A DNA stretch of 64,000 bases from Sedimentisphaerales bacterium (GTDB taxonomy: Bacteria; Planctomycetota; Phycisphaerae; Sedimentisphaerales; SM23-30): the NCBI GenBank assembly GCA_963662515.1, contig OY759675.1, positions 965,473 through 1,029,472 on the forward strand, read 5' to 3'. This document shows, piece by piece, positions 1 to 10,211 of this stretch (position 1 is the first letter of the stretch; each line of letters begins with the position of its first letter). A program made the position numbers and the translations under genes. The notes below the pieces were generated by a model, which was not told the origin of the DNA, made no database searches, and saw nothing but the letters and a program-made list of their open reading frames with translations.

Positions 1-864
1 GAAGTTAATCCTGATAAGGTCTCTGTGCTAACCACTTCCAGGGAGGCGGGCTCCAGAGTAGTGGAAGATGGCGGTACAGGTTCGTATAAAGCGATTATGG
101 CGGCAGATGAGTCTTTGGCCAGCCATACGGTATTTCGGCCACAGGATCTGGCGCCATTTGGTCCGGAGAAAAAGCTGCCGATCGTTGCCTGGGGTAATGG
201 TGCTTGTGCCAATTCGCCCTGGGAGCATATAAATTTTTTGTCGGAGGTATGTTCGCATGGTTTTCTGGTGATCGCCATTGGCCCGATGCCCAAAGAAGGT
301 GAGCGGGGTGGCGGTCGTTCTGAAGCTCATCAGTTGATCGACGCGATCGACTGGGCGATTGCACAGAATGCCGATAAGGACAGTCAGTATTATGGCAAAC
401 TGGATGTCAGTAAGGTCGCGGTTGCAGGAATGTCTTGTGGCGGTTTGCAGACCCTGGAAACTGCACCAGATGCAAGGGTGGTAACTGCTATGGTATGTAA
501 TAGCGGGATACTGGGTAATGGCGGTGGTATGCCCGGCATGCCGCAACTGACTAAGGATCAGCTCGAAAAGTTGCATACCCCGGTCATCTATATTCTCGGC
601 GGACCGACCGATATAGCCTATAATAATGGCATGGATGATTTCAAGCGTATCAACCATGTCCCGGTTTGCGTTACTAATCTGGAAGGTATTGGCCATGGTG
701 GCACTTATGGCCAGCCTCATGGCGGTGATTTCGCCAAAGTTGCGACCGCCTGGCTCCAGTGGCAACTTAACGGTGATACCGAAGCTGCCAAAATGTTTGA
801 GGGTGACAAGTGCGGCGTTTCCCAAATGAAGGGCTGGAGTATAGAGAAGAAAAATATCAAGTGA
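1..864 (+). CDS. alpha/beta-fold serine hydrolase (dienelactone hydrolase / chlorophyllase / PETase-like); 5' end probably outside the window
   Basis: Frame 1 is open from base 1, with no stop before the GTG at 25. GxSxG nucleophile elbow AGMSCGG, followed by GGPTD and GIGHGG, gives Ser-Asp-His order. A strong terminator follows. Confidence 0.6.
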   Translation, partial: EVNPDKVSVLTTSREAGSRVVEDGGTGSYKAIMAADESLASHTVFRPQDLAPFGPEKKLPIVAWGNGACANSPWEHINFLSEVCSHGFLVIAIGPMPKEGERGGGRSEAHQLIDAIDWAIAQNADKDSQYYGKLDVSKVAVAGMSCGGLQTLETAPDARVVTAMVCNSGILGNGGGMPGMPQLTKDQLEKLHTPVIYILGGPTDIAYNNGMDDFKRINHVPVCVTNLEGIGHGGTYGQPHGGDFAKVATAWLQWQLNGDTEAAKMFEGDKCGVSQMKGWSIEKKNIK

Positions 865-906
865 TATATTTTCCCCTGTGAGTACCATCAGGAACTGAAA
901 TAAGGG

Positions 907-953
907 TCAGGCCGGCGTTGGCGATATGCGTAACGCCGGCCTGAGCTGTTTTA
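907..953 (+). terminator. rho-independent terminator of the hydrolase gene
   Basis: 13-bp GC-rich stem TCAGGCCGGCGTT (907-919) / AACGCCGGCCTGA (932-944), followed by GCTGTTTTA. Confidence 0.7.
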
Positions 954-960
954 TGAGATC

Positions 961-1008
961 GTATCTCCTTGACAATAAAAGAGATACCACTTTCTTGTGT
1001 GTTCCAGG
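961..1008. repeat. copy X' of the ~48-bp sequence that lies just downstream of the S9 peptidase stop (compare 2356-2406)
   Basis: By-eye alignment of GTATCTCCTTGACAATAAAAGAGATACCACTTTCTTGTGTGTTCCAGG with ATATCTCCTTGATAATAAGAGAGATATCGCTGTTTGGTGTTTGTCCACAGG. Both copies contain a 7-bp stem hairpin. Confidence 0.55.
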
Positions 1009-1054
1009 TTATTTGAGAATAGTATAGTAGTACGGATTTAATTTATATTTTAAG

Positions 1055-1108
1055 TTGACCATATACGATAGAAAGAATACAATCTTACTGGTAAGATAGT
1101 ATTCTTTC
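1055..1108 (+). promoter_or_regulatory. sigma70-like promoter with overlapping palindromic operator of the AbrB-PIN TA operon
   Basis: TTGACC (1055-1060), 17 nt spacer, TACAAT (1078-1083). Near-perfect 18-bp-arm inverted repeat GAAAGAATACAATCTTAC / GTAAGATAGTATTCTTTC spans 1071-1108, typical of antitoxin autoregulation. Confidence 0.55.
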
Positions 1109-1122
1109 TGGAGGTGATATTT

Positions 1123-1386
1123 ATGACACAATTAGCTACTACGAAAATGTCCTCAAAGGGGCAGGTTGTTATCCCGGAGGCGGTGCGTATTGCTCTTGGG
1201 TTGGAAAACGGTTGCCAGTTTCTGGTATTAGGCGAAAAAGACGCTGTTATTCTCAAAACGATTTCAGCGCCCTCTAAAGACCAGTTCAGCGGATTGCTTG
1301 CCAAAGCCAGAAAAGCAGCCAAAGATGCCGGGCTGGAACCTAAGGATGTTGCCGACGCAATCAAGAAAGTCAGGGGCAAAAAATGA
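1123..1386 (+). CDS. AbrB/MazE/SpoVT-family antitoxin
   Basis: MSSKGQVVIPEAVRIALGL...ILK is a SpoVT/AbrB swapped-hairpin motif. GGAGG lies 8 nt before ATG 1123; the ORF-track start at 1114 is a GTG inside the RBS. The stop overlaps the downstream PIN gene (ATGA). Confidence 0.8.
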   Translation: MTQLATTKMSSKGQVVIPEAVRIALGLENGCQFLVLGEKDAVILKTISAPSKDQFSGLLAKARKAAKDAGLEPKDVADAIKKVRGKK

Positions 1387-1793
1387 GAGCGGTCAAGGTG
1401 GTAGTTGATACCAATGTCTTTGTTTCTGGTATCTTTTTTAGTGGGCCGCCCGCTAAGATACTAACCGCCTGGCATAGTGGCCACATCAAGCTGGCTATAA
1501 CTGAAGAAATAATAGAAGAATATCGACGGGTTTTGGAAAGCCTTGCTTTGAAACTCAATCCGGTGGACACGGGCTCTATTCTTGAGGCCGTGCTTATCGA
1601 AGCTGAGCTGGTGCCAACCTATTTTTTGAAAGAGCCTGTCTGTGAAGACCCAGATGATGACAAATTTCTGGCTTGTGCTGTTGCATCTAAAAGCAAATAT
1701 ATCATAAGTGGCGATAAGCACTTACTCAAAATAGGCAATTTTTCCAATATAAGCATAGTCACTCCCAGATTTTTTCTTGATAACATGCTTTGA
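1383..1793 (+). CDS. PIN-domain ribonuclease toxin
   Basis: VVDTNVFVSG N-terminal acidic motif, later EDPDDDKFL and ISGDKHLL, as in the PIN/TIGR00305-like family. 4-nt overlap with the antitoxin gene. Confidence 0.8.
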   Translation: MRAVKVVVDTNVFVSGIFFSGPPAKILTAWHSGHIKLAITEEIIEEYRRVLESLALKLNPVDTGSILEAVLIEAELVPTYFLKEPVCEDPDDDKFLACAVASKSKYIISGDKHLLKIGNFSNISIVTPRFFLDNML

Positions 1794-1810
1794 TTCAAAA
1801 ATAGCTTGCC

Positions 1811-1918
1811 CTATGGTAAAAACTGTTCTTTTGGCACAGTATTCCAGTCAACGGGGATATCGCCCCTTAAATTGCGGATGAAGAAATCGCGGAGGTTGTG
1901 TTTGTATGATTTCCCGCC
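1811..1918 (-). pseudogene. relic of the last 35 codons plus stop of an S9 peptidase paralogue
   Basis: The minus strand translates in frame to GGKSYKHNLRDFFIRNLRGDIPVDWNTVPKEQFLP*. The intact gene end (2412-2519) reads GGKFGERKRRDFFIRNLRGDIPVDWNTVPTEQILP*. No similarity upstream of GGK. Confidence 0.65.
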
Positions 1919-1928
1919 ATTGTGACTA

Positions 1929-2291
1929 TTACTGTTTGTTATAGATTTTCCATACAACCACGCAGCCATTACATAAAATTATAAATGCTAATGAAAGCCA
2001 CATGGTAAATGTGATTTGTTGGCATTTTTGGGTTTTCCTTTTTATTTCGGCCAGATATGCGTCACCATAATCTTCATTGTTGCGAATAAACTGCCATATC
2101 CTTTTTCTGGTTTTCCCTGTCCAAAATTGTGGTATTTCTTTGAGGCCCATTATTTCTTCTATATTCTGCGGATAGTGGCTCTGAAGATATTGCGTCAGTT
2201 GGCTGAAATACCCAAATGTGATCATTCCTGTGATCACAAATGCTGCGACCAGTATTGCTCCGGCTATAATCATTACTGTTTCCATTTCCAT
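1929..2291 (-). CDS. hypothetical small membrane protein (two predicted TM helices)
   Basis: 120-aa ORF with hydrophobic N- and C-terminal segments. Weak RBS and no recognisable family. Confidence 0.4.
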   Translation of the reverse strand: MEMETVMIIAGAILVAAFVITGMITFGYFSQLTQYLQSHYPQNIEEIMGLKEIPQFWTGKTRKRIWQFIRNNEDYGDAYLAEIKRKTQKCQQITFTMWLSLAFIILCNGCVVVWKIYNKQ

Positions 2292-2327
2292 AATTACTGT
2301 TGTCAGCCTTATTGTTTCTGTTTTCTG

Positions 2328-2356
2328 TAATTACGAAACAGCCTGTTTCGTAATTA
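2328..2356. repeat. perfect 29-nt palindrome (14-bp arms around one central base)
   Basis: TAATTACGAAACAG C CTGTTTCGTAATTA, between the S9 peptidase stop and the 120-aa ORF. No U-tract on either strand. Confidence 0.7.
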
Positions 2357-2411
2357 TATCTCCTTGATAATAAGAGAGATATCGCTGTTTGGTGTTTGTC
2401 CACAGGATGTG

Positions 2412-4724
2412 CTATGGCAATATCTGTTCTGTAGGCACAGTATTCCAGTCAACGGGTATATCGCCTCTTAAATTGCGGATGAAGAAGTCGCGGCGTTTGC
2501 GTTCGCCGAATTTTCCGCCAGCGGAGTGGTCCATGCCGGGCACCATGAGCATTTCGAAGTCTTTATTGGCCTTTATCAGGGCGTTGACCACTTGCAGGGT
2601 AGAGGCTGGGTCAACATTGCGGTCAAGTTCGCCCACGATCAGCAGGAGTTTGCCTTGCAGTTTCGCGGCATTGACCACATTGCTGTTAGTGGCATAAGAA
2701 TCATCGACCGGGAATCCCATCCACTGTTCGTTCCACCATATCTTATCCATGCGATTGTCATGGCAGCCGCAAGAGGCGACAGCGGCCTTATAGAAATCGC
2801 CGTGGAACAGTAAAGCTCCCAGAGCACTCTGGCCGCCGGCACTGGTACCGAAGATGCCAACATGGTCGATATCCATATAGGGGTATTTAGCGGCAGCGGC
2901 TTTGATCCACTTTATCCGGTCGGGGAATCCGGCATCGGCGACATTCTTCCAGGCGAAATGATGGAAGTCGCGGCAGCGGTTAGAGGTTCCCATGCCGTCG
3001 ATCTGGATAACGATAAAGCCAAGTTCCGCCAGGGCCTGCTGCCAGTAGTTATAGCCGCCCCAGGCCTTGGGCACGAAATTATCATGCGGCCCGGCATAAA
3101 TATCCTCGATCACCGGGTATTTCTGGGCCGGGTCGAAATTCACCGGTCGATATATTATGCCCCATATCTCGTATTTGTCGTCCCGGCTCATGGCCATGAA
3201 CGGCTCCGGGGCCTGCCAGCCGGCCTTGAACTGGGCTGAGGCATCGCCCCGGGTAAGGGTGCAGATCAACTCAGTGTCGGCCTTGTGCAATTCGCAGACA
3301 GGCGGCAGGTTTATCCTTGACCATTTATCGATGTAGTATTCACCACCCGGCGACCAGGTCAGGTCGTGAGTGCCATCAGCAGAGGTATAAGCTATCAGTC
3401 CGGTGCCATCGAAATTCACACGGAAAAAGTGCATATAGTATGGATCCTGGCCGGAGTAATAGCCACAGGCAGAAAAATATATCTGCCTATTTTCGCTGTC
3501 GGTCCGTTGCACCCTGCGCCAGACCCAGTTTCCGCTGGTAACCTGATTTTTCACCTGACCGCTTTTGATATCGTAGAGGTAGAGATGGTTCCAGCCATCA
3601 CGCTCTGAGGCCCAGATCAGTTCGTTGGTCTCACCTAGATATTGCAGATATTTTTTACCAGAATAAGATATAAACGAATCTGATTTTTCTTCTACGACGC
3701 TGCGTACTGTGCCATCTTGGGCACTGATCGCCAGAACACGATTGACCTGATGACCACGCTGGTTGAAGTAGAACAGGAATTCGCTGCTGTCGGGCAGCCA
3801 GTAGAAGTCGTCTATATTAAAGGGATTGTCAAACAGTTCGGTAGAAACCGGCAACTGATTGCGACTGGCCAGGTCGAACATAGTCGGATAATAAGTGGTA
3901 ATATCATCGCCGGGCTTGGCATAGTTGATCGTGAAATGTTTGGGCTGGAGCTGATCGGCGGGTGATGACTCTATATAGTGCACCTGTCGTTCCTCAACCG
4001 GTTTTACGGCAATGCATACCAGCTTATTGGAGTCTGGTGAGAAATAGACATCATCGCTGTATTGCCGCTGAGCGGTACCATCTGTGGTCAGGGCCAACTG
4101 CTCACCGCTGGCGGTATTTTCCAGCCAGAGCTGATAGTCTTTGGCAAAAGCTTTCCACTTGCCATCCGGCGATATATGCCGGTCGGTGGGCTGCCAGTCA
4201 CGATTACGGCCATTACGCCATTTCCGCCGCTGATCCTGCGGCTCATCTGTGGCAGGTTCCAGTTTGGTTATTTCTCCACTGGAAATGGTGTATTCCCAGC
4301 GATTCTTGTCGAACTCAAAGGAGAGCTTATTCTGCTCCTGGTCAAAGCGCAGCCGGGATATTGGCAGATTGGTTGGGTCAAGAGATTGCCCCGATGCTTC
4401 AGACAGAACTCTGGCCAGGGCCGCATGATCGAACAGATCACTTTCCGATCCGGTTGCCGGGTTAAAAAGGACGAAATGCCGGGTATTTTCACTGCGAAGC
4501 TCATACCAGAGCCCGGCATCATCCTTGAGCCAGTGGAACTCCGGATTGATATTATAAGCCTTGTCACGAATAGAGTTATAAAAGTCCAGCTCTTTATGAT
4601 AATCAGCAACTGTATATTGCCGACCGGCAGCCTGGCAATAATTGGCTGGCCCGATCAGGGGAAAAACTGAGATGATGAGGGAAAAGCATATACCAGTTGC
4701 TTTTAAAATATTGCTGAAAAACAT
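2412..4724 (-). CDS. S9 family serine peptidase (DPP IV / prolyl oligopeptidase-like; beta-propeller plus alpha/beta hydrolase), secreted
   Basis: N-terminal signal-like segment. Long propeller-like N-terminal region. C-terminal catalytic domain with GTSAGGQ (Ser), GELDRNVD (Asp) and GMDHS (His). Confidence 0.85.
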   Translation of the reverse strand: MFFSNILKATGICFSLIISVFPLIGPANYCQAAGRQYTVADYHKELDFYNSIRDKAYNINPEFHWLKDDAGLWYELRSENTRHFVLFNPATGSESDLFDHAALARVLSEASGQSLDPTNLPISRLRFDQEQNKLSFEFDKNRWEYTISSGEITKLEPATDEPQDQRRKWRNGRNRDWQPTDRHISPDGKWKAFAKDYQLWLENTASGEQLALTTDGTAQRQYSDDVYFSPDSNKLVCIAVKPVEERQVHYIESSPADQLQPKHFTINYAKPGDDITTYYPTMFDLASRNQLPVSTELFDNPFNIDDFYWLPDSSEFLFYFNQRGHQVNRVLAISAQDGTVRSVVEEKSDSFISYSGKKYLQYLGETNELIWASERDGWNHLYLYDIKSGQVKNQVTSGNWVWRRVQRTDSENRQIYFSACGYYSGQDPYYMHFFRVNFDGTGLIAYTSADGTHDLTWSPGGEYYIDKWSRINLPPVCELHKADTELICTLTRGDASAQFKAGWQAPEPFMAMSRDDKYEIWGIIYRPVNFDPAQKYPVIEDIYAGPHDNFVPKAWGGYNYWQQALAELGFIVIQIDGMGTSNRCRDFHHFAWKNVADAGFPDRIKWIKAAAAKYPYMDIDHVGIFGTSAGGQSALGALLFHGDFYKAAVASCGCHDNRMDKIWWNEQWMGFPVDDSYATNSNVVNAAKLQGKLLLIVGELDRNVDPASTLQVVNALIKANKDFEMLMVPGMDHSAGGKFGERKRRDFFIRNLRGDIPVDWNTVPTEQILP

Positions 4725-4929
4725 TCATTCGTCTCCGGTAATAACAACTATATTTGTCAATGGTATAGTAAGTCGCGTTAATATACCAGTGGCCAGAACC
4801 GCAGCGGAAGTGCTCCCGTCTGATTGATAGTCATTGTAGTTTATTGTGGGGTTGTGGGCAAGGGGTAATAATTGTGGGTAAGGTCCAATAGCAGATAGGG
4901 TGTTTTGGATAAATAGGAAGTGTCGATTT

Positions 4930-5000
4930 TGCCTCCTATGCATCCTCTGGTATAGGTCCTATCCGTCTTCATAAGTCCTATATCCTATAATTCCTATCCT
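4930..5000. repeat. degenerate ~9-nt tandem repeats with TCCTAT core (ATAGGA on the minus strand), locus A
   Basis: TCCTAT at 4934, 4957, 4976, 4983 and 4992, plus GGTCCT / CGTCTT / AGTCCT units. Lies immediately 3' of the ligA stop codon. Confidence 0.6.
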
Positions 5001-5004
5001 GATC

Positions 5005-7020
<2,016 letters not shown>

Positions 7021-7436
7021 TTATGCGCCTTTCAATAGCTATAATTATAGTTATGCCAATGCATTGTGCAAGTATTTGTTCACTGACAGGCCACGCAGTG
7101 ATCGCAGAGTGATATACCGGGCGAGTACGCCCTGGATTTTTCAGCAGTTTGAGCAAGCCGGGCTTGTTTTTCTGACTTTATTTCCTTTCCGACCGTTATT
7201 TGCATATTATTCAAAAAATACATGCAAAATAAAGCCGGGAATGAAACAATAAGACAAATGAAACTGGTATAAACTCGATATGCAGATATAATCCAGCCCG
7301 TAATCGGGCGGTTATTTCGTCAAGCAATATTTTATGTTTTACCCAGAGATCACCTCGGGAAATCTTTGGCATTTTTGCTGATTTGGCTATAATATCTCAT
7401 GTTGAAAGCATTTACAGACAAAACAGGAAAATTATT

Positions 7437-8699
7437 ATGTTAGCAGCGATAATAAGTACCGGCGATGAGCTGGTTAATGGTCAGTTGGTTGATACTAATT
7501 CCACCTGGCTCAGTGAGCAGTTGGCTCAGGTCGGGATCGGCGTGCGGGAGCATATCTCTCTGGGCGATGACCCGGCTATGCTCAAAAAGCACCTTGACCG
7601 GCTGGCTGGCGAGGTGGATTTCGTTCTGGCTACCGGCGGGCTTGGGCCTACCGCCGATGACCTGACCCGCTTTGCCATTGCCGAGCTGCTGGGTGTTGAG
7701 CTGGTCTGTGATACCGCTTCGCTGGCGAAGATAGAAGCGATATTCCGTAAGTTCAACCGGCCCATGCCCGAAAGCAATCGCCTGCAGGCATCGTTCCCGG
7801 CTGGTTGCAGTGTATTGGCTAATAGCTGCGGTACGGCCCCGGGTATAAGGGCCAGTCTGCGGGGTACGCTGCTGTATTTTATGCCGGGCGTGCCCTCGGA
7901 GATGAAGGCGATGTATGCCAGTGGCGTATTACCAGAGCTAAGCGGTCTGGTGGCTGCCGCCGGTGGGGCGGTTATCCGGATGCGGACCCTGCATACGATG
8001 GGTCTGGGTGAGTCGATGCTGGGCGAGAAGATAGCCGATCTTATGGCACGCGGCAGTAATCCGATAGTGAATACTAATGCCGGGGCAGGTATTGTCAAGC
8101 TGCGGATCAAGGCCTCGGCCGCCGATGAGGTAACTGCCGATGCTATGATAGCGGCAGCGGAAGCGGAGATACGCCGCCGGGTAGGGGAGTTCATCTGGGG
8201 TGTTGATACTGATACGCTGCCGGGCCTGGTTATGAAAGGGCTGCTGGCAAAGGGCAAGACAATCGCTACTGTCGAGAGCTGTACCGGTGGGCAGATCGCC
8301 AAGGAGCTTACCGATCTGCCCGGCTCGAGTAAGGTATTTGTGGGCGGGTGGTGTGTCTATAGTAATGCTATGAAGGTCAGTCAGATCGGCGTTGATGCTG
8401 AACTACTGGAGCAATTTGGAGCGGTGAGTGAGCAGGTAGCCGGACAACTTGCCCAGAAGGGCCGACTGCTGGCGGGCAGTGACTACTGTCTGGCAACGAC
8501 CGGCATAGCCGGACCTGACGGCGGCACAGAGACTAAACCTGTGGGGCTGGTGTATATTGCTCTGGCCGGGCCCGATGGCGAACTGACAGTAGAAAAGACC
8601 AGCTTCTCCGGCAGCCGCGACTTCATACGCCACCGGTCAGTGAACTATGCTTTTAATTTGTTAAGGAAGGTCCTTACGCCGGACGGGCGGGTCAGGTAG
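7437..8699 (+). CDS. cinA: CinA-family protein (MoCF-binding domain plus nicotinamide-nucleotide amidohydrolase PncC domain)
   Basis: MLAAIISTGDELVNGQLVDTNS start typical of CinA. C-terminal ESCTGG...GIAGP motif of PncC. AGGAAA RBS before ATG 7437; the ORF-track start at 7383 is a likely over-extension. Confidence 0.9.
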   Translation: MLAAIISTGDELVNGQLVDTNSTWLSEQLAQVGIGVREHISLGDDPAMLKKHLDRLAGEVDFVLATGGLGPTADDLTRFAIAELLGVELVCDTASLAKIEAIFRKFNRPMPESNRLQASFPAGCSVLANSCGTAPGIRASLRGTLLYFMPGVPSEMKAMYASGVLPELSGLVAAAGGAVIRMRTLHTMGLGESMLGEKIADLMARGSNPIVNTNAGAGIVKLRIKASAADEVTADAMIAAAEAEIRRRVGEFIWGVDTDTLPGLVMKGLLAKGKTIATVESCTGGQIAKELTDLPGSSKVFVGGWCVYSNAMKVSQIGVDAELLEQFGAVSEQVAGQLAQKGRLLAGSDYCLATTGIAGPDGGTETKPVGLVYIALAGPDGELTVEKTSFSGSRDFIRHRSVNYAFNLLRKVLTPDGRVR

Positions 8700-8727
8700 C
8701 TCGAGCATCCTTGCTTGAGATTCTTCT
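8700..8727 (+). terminator. rho-independent terminator of cinA
   Basis: CTCGAGCA-TCCT-TGCTTGAG directly after the TAG stop, followed by a T-rich tail. Near-twin of the hairpin at 52722-52741. Confidence 0.55.
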
Positions 8728-8828
8728 GGGTTGTCAGTCTGGTATGACATATTCGCCGGATGCTACAGTTAATACTTGGATGAGCTACTAATTCTATTGT
8801 TGCTGAAACTATTGATGGTTACGATAAT

Positions 8829-10211
8829 ATGAAACAGGTTAGATATATATTGGTTCTTCTTGTCCTTGTTGCGATAGCGGTATGTTTTCCCGATATGCCG
8901 TTTAGTGATGCGGCGCAAACGGAAGTTCGCCTGTATGATATGTGCAATGAGTTTTCCAGTAAATATTATCCTGATCTTGTCAATAGTAAGGCTACCCTTG
9001 AAACTCTCAGTAAGGTCAGGCAGGGGCTTTCTGGTATAAGTGACCCCAATTTGTTATTACAGCGTATTGGTGAAACGATATATAATGATCTCAAGATATC
9101 AACAGGCAGATCAGTTGGCGACCCCGGTACTCTGATAGTGGATTCTGTTTTAGATCAAGGTAAAGGTAATTGTGTCAGTATTTCGATACTCTATATTGTT
9201 ATCGCCGAAGAATTGGGGCTGGAACTTTCTGCTGCGTGTTGTCCGGGACATATGTATGTGGTATATGAAGGCTCTGGTCGGAGAGTCAATATTGAGGTGA
9301 CCGATCGTGGTGATATTCGGACCGATGCTGACTATGCAGGGAAGATACCGCCGTCATTTTCGTATAATCCCGATTATAATCGAACATTATCGAAAAAAGA
9401 GATTCTCGGTGTTTTTCTTGGTAATATGCTTGGTGAACTGGCGGATCAGGGTCGTTACGCTGATGGTTTGGAAGTCTTTGAAAAGGCCAGAACATTATTT
9501 CCAGCCCATGCGGCAATATATAATAATGCCGCGTGTTGTTATTTAAGGAATGGCGATAGAGACGAGGCTCTGCAATGCTTGTTATATGGTATAAAGCTTG
9601 ACCCCAATATCTGGTCAACTCAATCGATGGCCGCTGGAATATTTCTTAGCAAAGAGCAATATGGTCAGGCCAGAATTTCCTATGAAAAGGGTGTTAGCCT
9701 GTTATTTGATGAGATCCTTTTTGCTTTACCTGTTAAACATCTGCATGATGAGGGTGACAGTCAGGCAGCAGCTCAAAATGTATTGGTGTCGGAACATGTC
9801 AACAACTGTGTCTCCTGCTGTAATGCGTATGCAAATTATTATCTACGGCTGGAAAAGTATCAATTGGCGGTCGAATTGCTCAATAAAGCGAAGGCTTTGG
9901 AGCCTGATAATGCTGATACAAGCCGATTGTTAATGTTGGCGGCATATCGCACTGCTGATTTGGATTTAATTTTGCAAAAGAAAGGGGAATTACCAGCACA
10001 GCCTGGCAATGTTGTGGTTGGTTTTCATCTGGATATGTCTGAAAAAAGTCTTTGTGGCATGCTGCATGGCCTGGCGGTTGCAAATTACTATGAAAAAGAA
10101 TTTGAAAAGACAATATGGCTGATAGATTTTATCAACAGGGTAGGTGGTGATAATGTAGAGAATCAGAAATTAAGAGGAGATGCCTGTCTTAAACTGGAAA
10201 TTACGCAATAA
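8829..10211 (+). CDS. transglutaminase-like / TPR repeat protein (SirB1-like architecture), N-terminal membrane anchor or signal
   Basis: Hydrophobic N-terminus. GKGNCVSISILYIVIAEELGL resembles the transglutaminase-like Cys motif. Remainder is TPR-like helical repeats. Confidence 0.55.
   Translation: MKQVRYILVLLVLVAIAVCFPDMPFSDAAQTEVRLYDMCNEFSSKYYPDLVNSKATLETLSKVRQGLSGISDPNLLLQRIGETIYNDLKISTGRSVGDPGTLIVDSVLDQGKGNCVSISILYIVIAEELGLELSAACCPGHMYVVYEGSGRRVNIEVTDRGDIRTDADYAGKIPPSFSYNPDYNRTLSKKEILGVFLGNMLGELADQGRYADGLEVFEKARTLFPAHAAIYNNAACCYLRNGDRDEALQCLLYGIKLDPNIWSTQSMAAGIFLSKEQYGQARISYEKGVSLLFDEILFALPVKHLHDEGDSQAAAQNVLVSEHVNNCVSCCNAYANYYLRLEKYQLAVELLNKAKALEPDNADTSRLLMLAAYRTADLDLILQKKGELPAQPGNVVVGFHLDMSEKSLCGMLHGLAVANYYEKEFEKTIWLIDFINRVGGDNVENQKLRGDACLKLEITQ

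Noticed and set aside
28-888. Long antisense or alternative-frame ORFs inside well-supported genes. Examples: 28-888(-), 7526-8302(-), 19129-19917(+), 21536-22279(+), 26343-27245(-), 38990-39685(-), 16913-17371(-).
   Set aside because: Each lies wholly within a gene that has strong family motifs on the other strand or frame. Their translations are low-complexity or Arg/Ser/Pro-rich with no motifs and no RBS. They are typical shadow ORFs.
4930-5000. Considered whether the TCCTAT/GGTCYT clusters (loci A, B) are a CRISPR array.
   Set aside because: The repeat period is only ~8-15 nt, the units are degenerate, there are no 25-40 nt repeats separated by unique spacers, and no cas genes are present.
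7383-7436. N-terminal extensions given in the ORF track for cinA (7383), the secreted protein (14245), the hydrolase (16058), the lipoprotein (17476), der (23185), the PP2C (42117), the HAD (57808), bioD (32956) and the GspF fragment (10477).
   Set aside because: In each case an internal ATG is preceded by a good Shine-Dalgarno at 5-9 nt and begins exactly where family homology or the signal peptide begins. The extensions add unconserved residues.
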